Counted from the first letter of the stretch, positions 38,267-47,548 are shown. The stretch: DNA of 64,000 nucleotides from PVC group bacterium (GCA_043804695.1 JAZDIV010000033.1:10698-74697); one strand, 5' to 3'. Numbers and translations are program-made. The notes: a model not told the origin generated them from the letters alone.

Positions 38267-40030
38267 ATGAAACCGAAGTTACCATCCTGGTGGAGCATCT
38301 TCTTCTTTCTTCTGTCGGTGTGCGACGGCGCAGGCGATACGGTGTGTGCCGGCACAAATCCCCTCACCGGCTTCGAGACCCGTTCCGACGGGGCGACCCG
38401 GATCACCGACGCGCTCCCCCGCAGCTGCCAGAACCCGGTCTTTTCTCCCGACAGTCAATACATCCTCTTCACGCGATTCATCAACGGCTACAATGACGGC
38501 CCCTCAGAATTGGTGCGGATACGGATCGATGCCACGGCTGAGACGGTGATCGTCTCTTCCGCCGATGCCGATAACGTCAACGTACCCTTCGGCTCCTGGG
38601 CCTCGGGGAAGATCTGCTGGGCATCGGACCGGGGCGGGGGGGCGGAAGAGGTCTTCGTCGCCGACGAAGACGGGACGAACATCCGCCAGGTGACCGACCA
38701 CCCCACGAGCCAGGGATACTATATCGAACCGGTCTTCAACCCCGCCGACACCAACAAAATCCTCTTTGAGATTTCTCCCTCTGACTCATCGGCACACCTG
38801 ATCGCGCTGGTCGAGCGAGACAAAGGAGACCGGGTCACCATCCTGACCGGTGGTACAACGTATGACGACCGCCTTCCGTCCTGGTCACGCGACGGCTCGA
38901 AGATTCTCTTTCAGAGAACCGGCATCTCCGGCCCGGAGAACTGGGAGATTTACACCGCGGCTATAACTCTCGGCGACTCACCCTGCCTCAGTAATTATGT
39001 CAACATCTCCAATGCCACGTCACAGGAAACCGACAACTCCTGGTCATACCTGGACACACGGGTTCTCTCCTCCAGCGATTACGGGAACCTTCCCGTCCCC
39101 AATATCTATGCCTTTCCCTCGAGCGGGGCGGGCCGGCCGCGCCGGGTGACTTACTCCAATGTTTACGAAGACGGCGCCCCTGCCTATTCCCCCGATGGGA
39201 AATGGATCGCGTTCGAGTCGCATTCCACCGTCAACGAGGACTCGCCATCGGCGATCTGGATCATCCCCGCCCGGCCGACGGCCGACCCGATATCTTTTCG
39301 CGGGGGTGATTACACTGGCGACGGTACGTCCGACATCGCCGTCTTCCGGCCTGTGTCGGGTCTCTGGGCGGTCCGGGGTATCAGCAGGGCTTACTTCGGA
39401 GGAGCTTGCGACCTCCCCAAACCCGGAGATTATGATGGAGACGGGACGGGAGAGGCCGGTATCTTCCGCCCGGAGGCAGGTCTCTGGGCGATCCGCGGTG
39501 TCACCCGGTGCTATTACGGCTCCGCCGATGCTCAGCCGGTGCCCGGCGACTACAACGGTGACCGTCTGTGCGATCTCGCTCTTTTCCGTTGGGGCGCCGG
39601 TCTCTGGGCGGTCCGGGGGATAACACGTGGATACTTCGGCTCCGCGGACGATCAGCCGGTCTCCGGTGATTATAATGGTGATGGAACTCTGGATCCGGCC
39701 ATTTTTCGGCCCCTGACAGGTCTCTGGGCAATCCGGAAGATCAGCAGATTCTACTTCGGGGCGGTGAGCGACGGCGCTTTCCCGGGAGATTACAACGGAG
39801 ACGGAACCGCAGAGGCCGCGGTCTTCCGGGGCGTCTCCGGCCTCTGGGCGGTCCGGGGTGTCACCCGGAGATACTTCGGGGCCGCAACCGACCATCCTGT
39901 CCCCGCCGATTACAACGGAAACGGCGGGGATGATATCGGGATATTCCGCGCCAGTTCCGGCCTCTGGGCGGTCCGGGGTATCAGCCGGGTCTATTTCGGC
40001 GCCCCGGGAGACCTCCCCGTCACCCGCTGA
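38267..40030 (+). CDS. secreted TolB-like (PD40) beta-propeller with 6 FG-GAP-like repeats
   Basis: PVFSPDS, PSWSRDGSKILF, PAYSPDGKWIAF; six repeats ending DLPVTR. Confidence 0.85.
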   Translation: MKPKLPSWWSIFFFLLSVCDGAGDTVCAGTNPLTGFETRSDGATRITDALPRSCQNPVFSPDSQYILFTRFINGYNDGPSELVRIRIDATAETVIVSSADADNVNVPFGSWASGKICWASDRGGGAEEVFVADEDGTNIRQVTDHPTSQGYYIEPVFNPADTNKILFEISPSDSSAHLIALVERDKGDRVTILTGGTTYDDRLPSWSRDGSKILFQRTGISGPENWEIYTAAITLGDSPCLSNYVNISNATSQETDNSWSYLDTRVLSSSDYGNLPVPNIYAFPSSGAGRPRRVTYSNVYEDGAPAYSPDGKWIAFESHSTVNEDSPSAIWIIPARPTADPISFRGGDYTGDGTSDIAVFRPVSGLWAVRGISRAYFGGACDLPKPGDYDGDGTGEAGIFRPEAGLWAIRGVTRCYYGSADAQPVPGDYNGDRLCDLALFRWGAGLWAVRGITRGYFGSADDQPVSGDYNGDGTLDPAIFRPLTGLWAIRKISRFYFGAVSDGAFPGDYNGDGTAEAAVFRGVSGLWAVRGVTRRYFGAATDHPVPADYNGNGGDDIGIFRASSGLWAVRGISRVYFGAPGDLPVTR

Positions 40031-40250
40031 TCCGGATCCGGCTTATTCAATCTCGCAGGCTGGCCGCTTCGCGTCCATGCCGTGCAGGTGATTACACACT
40101 AAAATAACTCCCCCGGCAGTTCCCCTCCCCGTCAGAACCGTTCCTCCCAGGCGTCTATTGTTTAACGGCATCTGCCTCAAGGCAGTTGCCGGGTTTATAC
40201 TCCTCATCTTTTCCTCCCTTAAAAAATTAAAAAAAATCAAAAAAAGTATT

Positions 40251-40442
40251 GACTACTTCGTCTAAATCGACTATATGGTCATAATCAACTAAATAGTCGA
40301 TCATGACCAAGTTGTCGTACTCAACCAATCAGTCAATATCGACCGATGTGTCGTACTCAACCAATCAGTCGATTATGACCAATGTGTCGTACTCAACCAA
40401 TCAGTCGATTATGACGATGTTGTCGTATTAGACTGATCGGTC
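40251..40442. promoter_or_regulatory. array of 11 (G/A)AC-N6-GTC boxes, 18-bp period (putative TetR operator array)
   Basis: Boxes start at 40251, 40269, 40287, 40305, 40323, 40341, 40359, 40377, 40395, 40413 and 40431; last box ends 7 bp before the tetR ATG; TTGACT overlaps box 1. Confidence 0.75.
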
Positions 40443-40449
40443 ATTATGT

Positions 40450-41115
40450 ATGAATGCAACGCTGAAAAGCCGGCACACCCGGCGAGCCCTGGCTACCCGG
40501 GGCAAACTGCTCGAAGCCGCCCGGACCCTTTTCACGGAACGGGGGTTTGAACTCACCTCCATTGACGACATAACGCGCCGGGCCGATGTCGGGAAGGGGA
40601 CTTTCTATTACCACTTCACCGACCGGGAAGAGATCATCAAGGCCCTGATCGAGTGGGTGATCGGAGAACTGCTGGCCGTTATCGATAACACGTGCCGGGA
40701 AGCCACGGATCTGAAAACAACTCTGGAGGGTTTGATCGAAGCTCACATCAAGTTCTTTTCGAACCGGTGGGAGGACTTCGTGCTCTTCTTCCAGGGGAGA
40801 ACCGAGCTTACCATCGAGCTGAGTTATGACGGGATTGAGACTCCGTTCCTGAAGTACCTGGAGCGGGTCGAAGAGCTGCTGGTACCTTTTCTCCAGCGAA
40901 GGCTGCCGCCGCCGATCATGCGACGGATCGCCTGCGCGGTAGTGGGGCTGGTCTCCGGTTATTACTCTTTCGCGGCCATCGAATCGCTGGATGACGGTAT
41001 AGATGCCACGTTCGCCTCGCTCCGCGAGGCGATGGTGGCGAGCATGATGCGCTTCGTCCAGGAAGCAAGCACCACGACCGAGAATAGGAGCCAGGAGAAA
41101 GAGGCTGGACAATAA
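40450..41115 (+). CDS. TetR/AcrR family regulator
   Basis: LLEAARTLFTERGF..TSIDDITRRADVGKGTFYYHF. Confidence 0.95.
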   Translation: MNATLKSRHTRRALATRGKLLEAARTLFTERGFELTSIDDITRRADVGKGTFYYHFTDREEIIKALIEWVIGELLAVIDNTCREATDLKTTLEGLIEAHIKFFSNRWEDFVLFFQGRTELTIELSYDGIETPFLKYLERVEELLVPFLQRRLPPPIMRRIACAVVGLVSGYYSFAAIESLDDGIDATFASLREAMVASMMRFVQEASTTTENRSQEKEAGQ

Positions 41116-41192
41116 TTTACACATTAACAGGCGCACAGCACCGAGGCCATTCGGCCCGCTGACTGTGCGGTAACCTCAAGAGGAGAACCTCA

Positions 41193-41696
41193 TTGAAAAC
41201 TATCGATGAGATAGAAAAAACCGATCCGATCGCCATTCCGGGAACCCGGCGACGGCGTCTTAACGGAATCAATCGGAAACCCGGCGACGGGCCAACGATT
41301 AAAGAGGCGGAAGGACGGCGCGTCTTCAATGAAGCGGTCAAGAAGTCCGTCTGGGGGATGGCGGCCAGCATCGACATCTACAACTGCGATCCGGCCACGA
41401 TCCGGGACGCCGACAAGATCCGCCGGTTCGTCGCCGAACTCTGCGACCTGATCGGGATGAAGAGGTTCGGCGAAACTCAGGTGGTCCACTTCGGCGAGGA
41501 CGAGCGGGTGGCGGGCTACTCCATGATCCAGCTGATCGAGACCTCGCTGATCTCCGCCCATTTCGCCAATCTGACCAACACCGTTTACCTCGACGTCTTC
41601 AGCTGCAAACCGTACGATCCCGTCAAGGCGGAACGGTTCGCCCTCAAGTTCTTCGGGGGCACCCGCTGCATCACCAAGATCAACCTGAGGATGTGA
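41193..41696 (+). CDS. S-adenosylmethionine decarboxylase-like pyruvoyl proenzyme
   Basis: RBS GAGGAG with TTG start; IDIYNC, GYSMIQLIET|SLISAHF, YLDVFSCK. Confidence 0.85.
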   Translation: MKTIDEIEKTDPIAIPGTRRRRLNGINRKPGDGPTIKEAEGRRVFNEAVKKSVWGMAASIDIYNCDPATIRDADKIRRFVAELCDLIGMKRFGETQVVHFGEDERVAGYSMIQLIETSLISAHFANLTNTVYLDVFSCKPYDPVKAERFALKFFGGTRCITKINLRM

Positions 41697-41699
41697 CCC

Positions 41700-42656
41700 G
41701 TGCTCGAATTCCGCATCATCACCGACCCGGACGAGTGCCGGGAGATCTGGGAACGGGTCATCCCCCGGGAAACCGTGACGGATCTCTGGGAGATCCGGGA
41801 CTGCTTTCACCGGCACTTCCGGCGTCCGTCCTGCTTCATAACGGCCGTCAGCGGGGGGGAGGTCGTCGGCTTCCTCCCCGTGAGCCGGATCGAGGAGGCC
41901 GGCGTCTACGGCTACTTCCCCGGCGAGACCTGGGAGGGCGAAACCTGGCTGGAACAGAACCGGATCATCGCCCGGGATGACGGGATCCTCCGGGGTCTGC
42001 TCGAACGCTGCCCGGGGCGGCATCACCTCCGCTACCTCGTCAACGGGGGGGAGGGGTGCGCCGTGGATGAGATCGGCTACCTTTTCTCCCCCCCTTCCTA
42101 CGGGTACGACTTCGATAAGTACCTGGCCGAGTTCTCCGGCAAATCGCGGAAACGCCTGAAGCGGGACCTGGAATCACTTGAGAACCGCGGTGTCGAGTAC
42201 CTCCATGACCGGGTCGAGGATTTTGATCACATCGTGCGTCTCAACATCGGGCGGTTCGGCGAGCGGTCATACTTTTCCGACCCCCGTTTCACGCAGAGCT
42301 TCTACAGCATTCTCGATCTCCTCCGGGAACGGGGATGGCTCCGCCTGACCACCGTCCTAATCGAGGGCCGGGTGGCCGCGGTCGACATCGGCTGCGTGTA
42401 CAACGGCGTCTATACCCTGCTCGGCGGGGGGACGGACGGCGATTACCCCGGGGTGGCCAAGCTGATCAACATCCACCATATCCGCCGGGCGTGCCGCGAG
42501 CGGCTGGACCTGGTCGATTTCCTCTGCGGCGATTTTTCCTGGAAATCGCTCTTCCATCTCTCGGTGCGCCCGCTTTATCTCCTGTCCGGCTCTTTTCCCC
42601 GGGAAGCGCACAGACCGGCGCCGGCCGACCGGAGGGAAATGGTGTATGCCGGATGA
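41700..42656 (+). CDS. GNAT family acyltransferase (Acetyltransf_6/CelD-like)
   Basis: FDKYLAEFSGKSRKRLKR, GVAKLIN, VDFLCG...WK. Confidence 0.8.
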   Translation: MLEFRIITDPDECREIWERVIPRETVTDLWEIRDCFHRHFRRPSCFITAVSGGEVVGFLPVSRIEEAGVYGYFPGETWEGETWLEQNRIIARDDGILRGLLERCPGRHHLRYLVNGGEGCAVDEIGYLFSPPSYGYDFDKYLAEFSGKSRKRLKRDLESLENRGVEYLHDRVEDFDHIVRLNIGRFGERSYFSDPRFTQSFYSILDLLRERGWLRLTTVLIEGRVAAVDIGCVYNGVYTLLGGGTDGDYPGVAKLINIHHIRRACRERLDLVDFLCGDFSWKSLFHLSVRPLYLLSGSFPREAHRPAPADRREMVYAG

Positions 42657-43935
42657 GCGCGTCCTGGTCGCGGGGACAACGGCCGACTACATCGACCTCA
42701 TCCGTCGCCGCTTTCCCGGCCGGGCGGTTTTCCTGACCGATCCGGCGGAACGGGCCAAACCTTCCCCCTACCCGGCACCCGACCGGGCATCCGAAATTCT
42801 CTGCGGCCTGTCCTCCCCCCGGGAGGCGCTGGCCGCCCTCGACGGTCATCTCCGGAGGCAGAAGCAACGGCTCACCGGGGTCGCCTGTTTCGACTGCGAA
42901 TCCCTCTCCCTGGCGGCGGAGATCGCCCGCTCTTTTTCGCTCCCTTTCCCTTCCCTGGAAGCCGTGGACGCTTCCCGGAACAAGTTCTTTTCCAAGCGCC
43001 TCTGGCTGGAAGCCGGTCTCCCCTGCCCGGAGGTGCGGCTGGCGCGGACGGCGGACGCCGCGGCGGATTTCCTCCGGGGGATGACCCGGGCGGCCGTCAT
43101 GAAGCCTCTGACCGGGAGCGGGAGCGAGCTGATCTTTCTCTGCCGTGATGAAAAGGACTGCCGGAGAGCATTCGCCACCTTAAGCGAAAAGCTATCCTCC
43201 CATCCTAACAGCAGGATGTATGAACCGCGGACCTGGCGGGGGGAGGAGATCGATCCCCGCAAAGCCTTCGTGATCGAGGAGATGGTGGAGGGAGAAGAGC
43301 TGAGTTGCGATTTCGCGCTCGATCACGGCGCGGTGAAGATCATCCGGATCGCGAGAAAGATACTCGCCCGGAACCAGACCTTCGGCACGGTCCTGGCCTA
43401 CATCCTGACGAACGCGCTCCCTTCCGGCATCGATCCGGCCGGTTTCCGCCGGCAGATGGCGGAGGCGGCCCGGGCCCTCGGCATTTCCCGCAGCATCTGC
43501 ATGATCGACTTCATGGTCTCCCGGGGAAGGGCCCTGATGCTGGAAATGACCCCCCGGCCGGGGGGCGACTGCCTGGTCTCCCTGGAACGGCTGAGCGCCG
43601 GCTTCGACATGCTGGGCTACGCGCTCGATTTCGCCGAGGGACGTCAGGAAGATCCGCCCCCGGCCGGGAGCTGGCAGCCGCTGGTGGGGATCCATTTACT
43701 GGCGGACCGTCCCGGCACGATCCGGGCGATCGACGACCGGAAGCTCCGGGGCGATCCCCGGGTGCTCGAATACAGCCTGACGGCCGGGCCCGGCCGGCGG
43801 GTGCTGATGCCCCCCGACGACTACGATTCCCGTAAACTGGGGCACGCGGTCTTCCGGCCGCGCGATCCGGCCGGGATCGAAAAAGAGTGCCTCGAACTGT
43901 CCGCCCGACTTATAGTGGAATTTGAGCCTGAATGA
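42646..43935 (+). CDS. ATP-grasp ligase (L-amino-acid ligase-like)
   Basis: SRNK..SK..W..AGLPCP, VMKP..GSGS, IEEMVEGEELSCD, LEMTPRPGG. Confidence 0.85.
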   Translation: MPDERVLVAGTTADYIDLIRRRFPGRAVFLTDPAERAKPSPYPAPDRASEILCGLSSPREALAALDGHLRRQKQRLTGVACFDCESLSLAAEIARSFSLPFPSLEAVDASRNKFFSKRLWLEAGLPCPEVRLARTADAAADFLRGMTRAAVMKPLTGSGSELIFLCRDEKDCRRAFATLSEKLSSHPNSRMYEPRTWRGEEIDPRKAFVIEEMVEGEELSCDFALDHGAVKIIRIARKILARNQTFGTVLAYILTNALPSGIDPAGFRRQMAEAARALGISRSICMIDFMVSRGRALMLEMTPRPGGDCLVSLERLSAGFDMLGYALDFAEGRQEDPPPAGSWQPLVGIHLLADRPGTIRAIDDRKLRGDPRVLEYSLTAGPGRRVLMPPDDYDSRKLGHAVFRPRDPAGIEKECLELSARLIVEFEPE

Positions 43936-45248
43936 TGAAAAACACCAAAAAAACCCGGGCCGGCGCATCGGTTACCCCATCCGAAAATCTTCCCCTTGAT
44001 GGGGATACCCTAAAACGGTTCGTGCGGAAGTTCCTGGACCGGCGGGAGCTGTATCTGCGGGCCGCGGAGAGGTGCGGCTCACCCCTTTACCTGATCGAGA
44101 AACCGATCCTGACCGCCCGGGCGAAACAGTTCACGGAAGCCTTCCGGGCCGTGCTCCCGGACATCCGTGTTTACTTCGCCGTCAAGAGCAACAATCACCC
44201 GGCGGTCGCCCGGACGCTGGTCAAGGCGGGGCTTGGATTGGATGTCTCCAGCGGCCGCGAGCTCCGGATGGCGCTGGACAGCGGGGCAGAAGATATCGTC
44301 TTCAGCGGTCCGGGGAAGACCGGCGAGGAGCTTTTCCTGGCAGTCGAACACCGCGACCGGGTGACGGTCCTGATAGACAGTCTCGGTGAACTGGAGCACC
44401 TGGAGTCGATCGCCGGTGAGACCGGAGCTGCTGTCCGGGCCGGGGTGCGGCTGACCACCGATGAGCGGGCCCTCTGGGCCAAGTTCGGCATCCCCCTCTC
44501 CTCCCTGCCGGCCTTTCTGGCCGCCGCCGGGCAGACCGGGCATGTCCGGCTGAGAGGATTCCAGTTCCATACCAGCTGGAATATGACCCCGGACAACCAG
44601 GTCAGCTTCATCATCCGTCTGGCCGGGGCGATCGGAAGCCTGGATGATGAGTCTCGGAAAAAGATCGAGTTCATCGATATCGGCGGGGGCTTCTGGCCGG
44701 AAGACGGGGAGTGGCTCCACCGGGAGGACGGGGGAGTGGTCAACCCGGACAACCGTGACCGGGACCCCCTCCTTCACTTCCGGAAGCCCTCCGTCCCGAT
44801 TCGGGAGTTCGCGGAAAAAATCGGCCGAGCCTTCAGGGAGAAGATCCTCCCCCTGACCGGCTGCCGTCTCTGTGCCGAGCCGGGACGATGGCTCTGTCAT
44901 CCGGCCATGCAGATCCTGCTCCGGGTCACGGACAGGAAAGGGCCGGATTTGGTCATTACCGACGCCGGGACCAATGCGATCGGCTGGGAGCGCTTCGAGA
45001 CTGATTACTTCCCGGTGATCAACCTTTCCCGGCCCGGGCTGACCGAACATCCCTGCCGGGTCCTCGGCTCGCTCTGCACGCCGCACGACGTCTGGGGCTA
45101 CTCCTACCACGGAGAGGACATCCGGCCGGGGGACCTGCTCCTGCTTCCCAACCAGGGGGCTTATACCTACAGCCTCCGCCAGGAGTTCATCAAGCCGCTC
45201 CCCGGGGTGGCAACGGTGGATGCGGCGGGGGAGATCGCCTCGTCGTAA
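43932..45248 (+). CDS. fold-type III PLP decarboxylase (Orn/DAP/Arg family)
   Basis: FAVKSN (PLP Lys), DVSSGREL, KFG, DIGGGF, EPGR, GSLC...D, GAY. Confidence 0.88.
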   Translation: MMKNTKKTRAGASVTPSENLPLDGDTLKRFVRKFLDRRELYLRAAERCGSPLYLIEKPILTARAKQFTEAFRAVLPDIRVYFAVKSNNHPAVARTLVKAGLGLDVSSGRELRMALDSGAEDIVFSGPGKTGEELFLAVEHRDRVTVLIDSLGELEHLESIAGETGAAVRAGVRLTTDERALWAKFGIPLSSLPAFLAAAGQTGHVRLRGFQFHTSWNMTPDNQVSFIIRLAGAIGSLDDESRKKIEFIDIGGGFWPEDGEWLHREDGGVVNPDNRDRDPLLHFRKPSVPIREFAEKIGRAFREKILPLTGCRLCAEPGRWLCHPAMQILLRVTDRKGPDLVITDAGTNAIGWERFETDYFPVINLSRPGLTEHPCRVLGSLCTPHDVWGYSYHGEDIRPGDLLLLPNQGAYTYSLRQEFIKPLPGVATVDAAGEIASS

Positions 45249-45299
45249 CCGGCGCAAAACAGAAGAACAGTCGAGCGCAAGTTGCTCCTCAGGTCAAAT

Positions 45300-45324
45300 A
45301 AAAACCGGTCACAGCCGGTTTTTC
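45300..45324. terminator. probable bidirectional terminator
   Basis: AAAAACCGG-tcacag-CCGGTTTTT. Confidence 0.6.
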
Positions 45325-45408
45325 ATTTCCTTTCCTTATTTAACAAATAAGGTCAAACCTTATTTGTTAAATAAGGAGGTGGGGCAACGCACCGCCGGCA
45401 CCTTTTCG

Positions 45409-46398
45409 TTAGAACCTGCTCACCGCCCGGACGGAGAGAACAGGCCCGTCGCCAACGTCAACCCGGTTGTCCGTCCGGTCGTCGTTGTAGCTCTCGCCTT
45501 CGAAGAAGAAGCGGTCGAAAGCGTAACCCCCGGACAGTGTCACTTCAATATCACCAGCAGGATGTAGGGAGATCCCTCCTTCAGCCCGCTGCTCGTACCA
45601 GAAGAGCCGGTCATCACGATCTTCCCTCCCGGCCCGGTAATAGCGGTCGTTCTCCCAGCGGAAGGAGGCAAAGATGCCGATCAGCGGAGAAAGCTGATAC
45701 TCGCACCCGGCAAAGACGCTGTGGATGGGGAAATAGAACCCCCGAAGCTGCAGTCCCTTCGCGGGGCTATAATTCACGAAGAGCAGAGGAATCCCGACCA
45801 GAGCGCTGAAATCGCGGGAAGGGGCGTGGAGATACCCGGCCCCCGGGATGGGCACGTGGGGGAGGAACTCCCGGTTGGTGGAGTAGTTGAGGAAGAAGAC
45901 CCAGGAATCCCGTCCAGCCGCGGGGATGTTGAGATAACCGTTGAGCATGACGGCCGTTTCGTACCAGCCGTTGAACGGCCGGTCGGAAGGCGAGGAAAGG
46001 GAGAGATTGCCCCCGATTATCCAGTTTCCGGAAAGGCGCCGGCGATACACCGCTCCGAAATGAAGATCCCAGAGTTCGGCAGGCATCTCGTCTCCCGTGT
46101 TCGGGAGAACGGCTCGGGTATGGATGTCACGGAGGCCGAGGCGTGAGACAGCGGTCCATTCCCGGTCCGGCCCCTGGACCAGCGGGATGAGAATCGACGC
46201 CTCCCAGCGTGACTCCTCCAGACCGGTAACCTGGTCCTTAACCCGCTCCCGCGGGCTGTACTCGAACCGGCCCGAAACCGCCGTCCCCTGTTTCCCCGTC
46301 AGCGGCTGAAACCAGTGGGAGATCCCCTCCTGACCGGAGACGGTCATCGGTATGAATGCCAGGAAAAACATGTACATTAATATTATAATTCTTCTCAT
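45409..46398 (-). CDS. outer-membrane beta-barrel protein
   Basis: Signal peptide, amphipathic strands, terminal Phe. Confidence 0.7.
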   Translation of the reverse strand: MRRIIILMYMFFLAFIPMTVSGQEGISHWFQPLTGKQGTAVSGRFEYSPRERVKDQVTGLEESRWEASILIPLVQGPDREWTAVSRLGLRDIHTRAVLPNTGDEMPAELWDLHFGAVYRRRLSGNWIIGGNLSLSSPSDRPFNGWYETAVMLNGYLNIPAAGRDSWVFFLNYSTNREFLPHVPIPGAGYLHAPSRDFSALVGIPLLFVNYSPAKGLQLRGFYFPIHSVFAGCEYQLSPLIGIFASFRWENDRYYRAGREDRDDRLFWYEQRAEGGISLHPAGDIEVTLSGGYAFDRFFFEGESYNDDRTDNRVDVGDGPVLSVRAVSRF

Positions 46399-46422
46399 TA
46401 TATTTATCTTCTCGCTGGCTGA

Positions 46423-46641
46423 AGAGGCTGTCCGATAATTCGGATTTTAAGCATTTAGAGGTCATTCAGACTGTGTCGTAACCATCAAAATGTCATCGCG
46501 AGGAGCCCCGATAAATCGGGGTAGACTGCGCGACGAAGCGATCTCAATTTGAGAACAGAATATGTTATCTTCCAAAGGATTGAGATTGCTTCGCCCCTCC
46601 GGGGCTCGCAATGACATTTCAGGATTTATCGGACAACCTCT
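46423..46641. mobile_element. MITE-like element with AGAGGCTGTCCGATAA TIRs carrying a GTCATYGCGAG..CTCGCAATGAC palindrome
   Basis: 15/16 TIR match; inner palindrome 46491-46616 also present at 58821-58903. Confidence 0.7.
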
Positions 46642-46742
46642 GAAGCCTGCGGCTACCAAAATCGGGTTTATCGAACAGCCACTGAAGTCCCGCATTACGA
46701 GCCGGGTCACAGCTCGAAATCGGGAAACAGGCCCTCACCCTG

Positions 46743-47546
46743 TTATTGCAAAAATCCCCGAATTGCCGCCGCCAGCTTTTCCGGTTCTTCATACTCGCTC
46801 ACGTGGCCGCCGGGAAGTCTCGCGATCCGGGAGCCTGCGATTTTTCCGGCCAGGGCTTCCGATTCGCGCGGCAGGGCAATAATATCGTCATCCGATATGA
46901 TGACCAGAGTGGGCGCCTTGATCTTATGGAGAAACCCCGACGAGTCGAAGCCGGCAAGTACGGGATACTGCCTTTCCATTTCCCCGATTGTGGGCGGAGT
47001 CGGGTTATCGAGCAGCCTCTTCCTGAGTGCTTCCGCCCTGTCTTTATTGGCCAGCGCAGATGCGCCGAAGAGCCAGGGCATGGCGATATCCAGCTGGCAG
47101 TCAACGGATACTCCGTGTTTGATGGCCCGGATCAGACCCCTCTGGGCCATCAGCATCCGTTCGTCCCACCGGGCGGCGGAGTTGACGATCACCAGTCGGC
47201 CGACGGCATCCGGATAGTTGACGGCCAGCATCTGGGCGATCGTTCCCCCCATGGAATGGCCGACAATGTGCGGTTTCTCCAGAGCCAGCTCCCTGATCAA
47301 CCCCGCCGTTCCTTCGGCCATCGACTCCGCCGTCAAGGGGCCTCCGCTGTCCCGGGTGCGGCCCGAACCGGGATTGTCGAAAATGAGTACCCGGCAGCGG
47401 TCGGTAAACAGGGGGTACATCTCCCTCCAGGCGGTGTGATTGGCCCCATATCCGGCTATGAAGACCAACGGTTTTCCTTCACCATGGAGTTCGTAATAGT
47501 AAGAAACGCTATCAACCTTTATCCGCGGCATCTTTCCCTCCTGCAT
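46743..47546 (-). CDS. alpha/beta hydrolase
   Basis: G.G.PLVFIAG, FDNPGSG, GHSMGG, D and H of the catalytic triad. Confidence 0.92.
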   Translation of the reverse strand: MQEGKMPRIKVDSVSYYYELHGEGKPLVFIAGYGANHTAWREMYPLFTDRCRVLIFDNPGSGRTRDSGGPLTAESMAEGTAGLIRELALEKPHIVGHSMGGTIAQMLAVNYPDAVGRLVIVNSAARWDERMLMAQRGLIRAIKHGVSVDCQLDIAMPWLFGASALANKDRAEALRKRLLDNPTPPTIGEMERQYPVLAGFDSSGFLHKIKAPTLVIISDDDIIALPRESEALAGKIAGSRIARLPGGHVSEYEEPEKLAAAIRGFLQ

Positions 47547-47548
47547 GG

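Noticed and set aside
40080..40220. SAM riboswitch near the SpeD-like operon
   Set aside because: A GGCAAC hairpin exists on the minus strand, but the SAM-I core elements are missing and the orientation is wrong
40251..40442. CRISPR or TIGR-type guide array (36-bp periodicity)
   Set aside because: Variable parts are only 6 bp and are duplicated rather than unique; no cas or Nop-domain gene in the window; box shape and position fit TetR operators better
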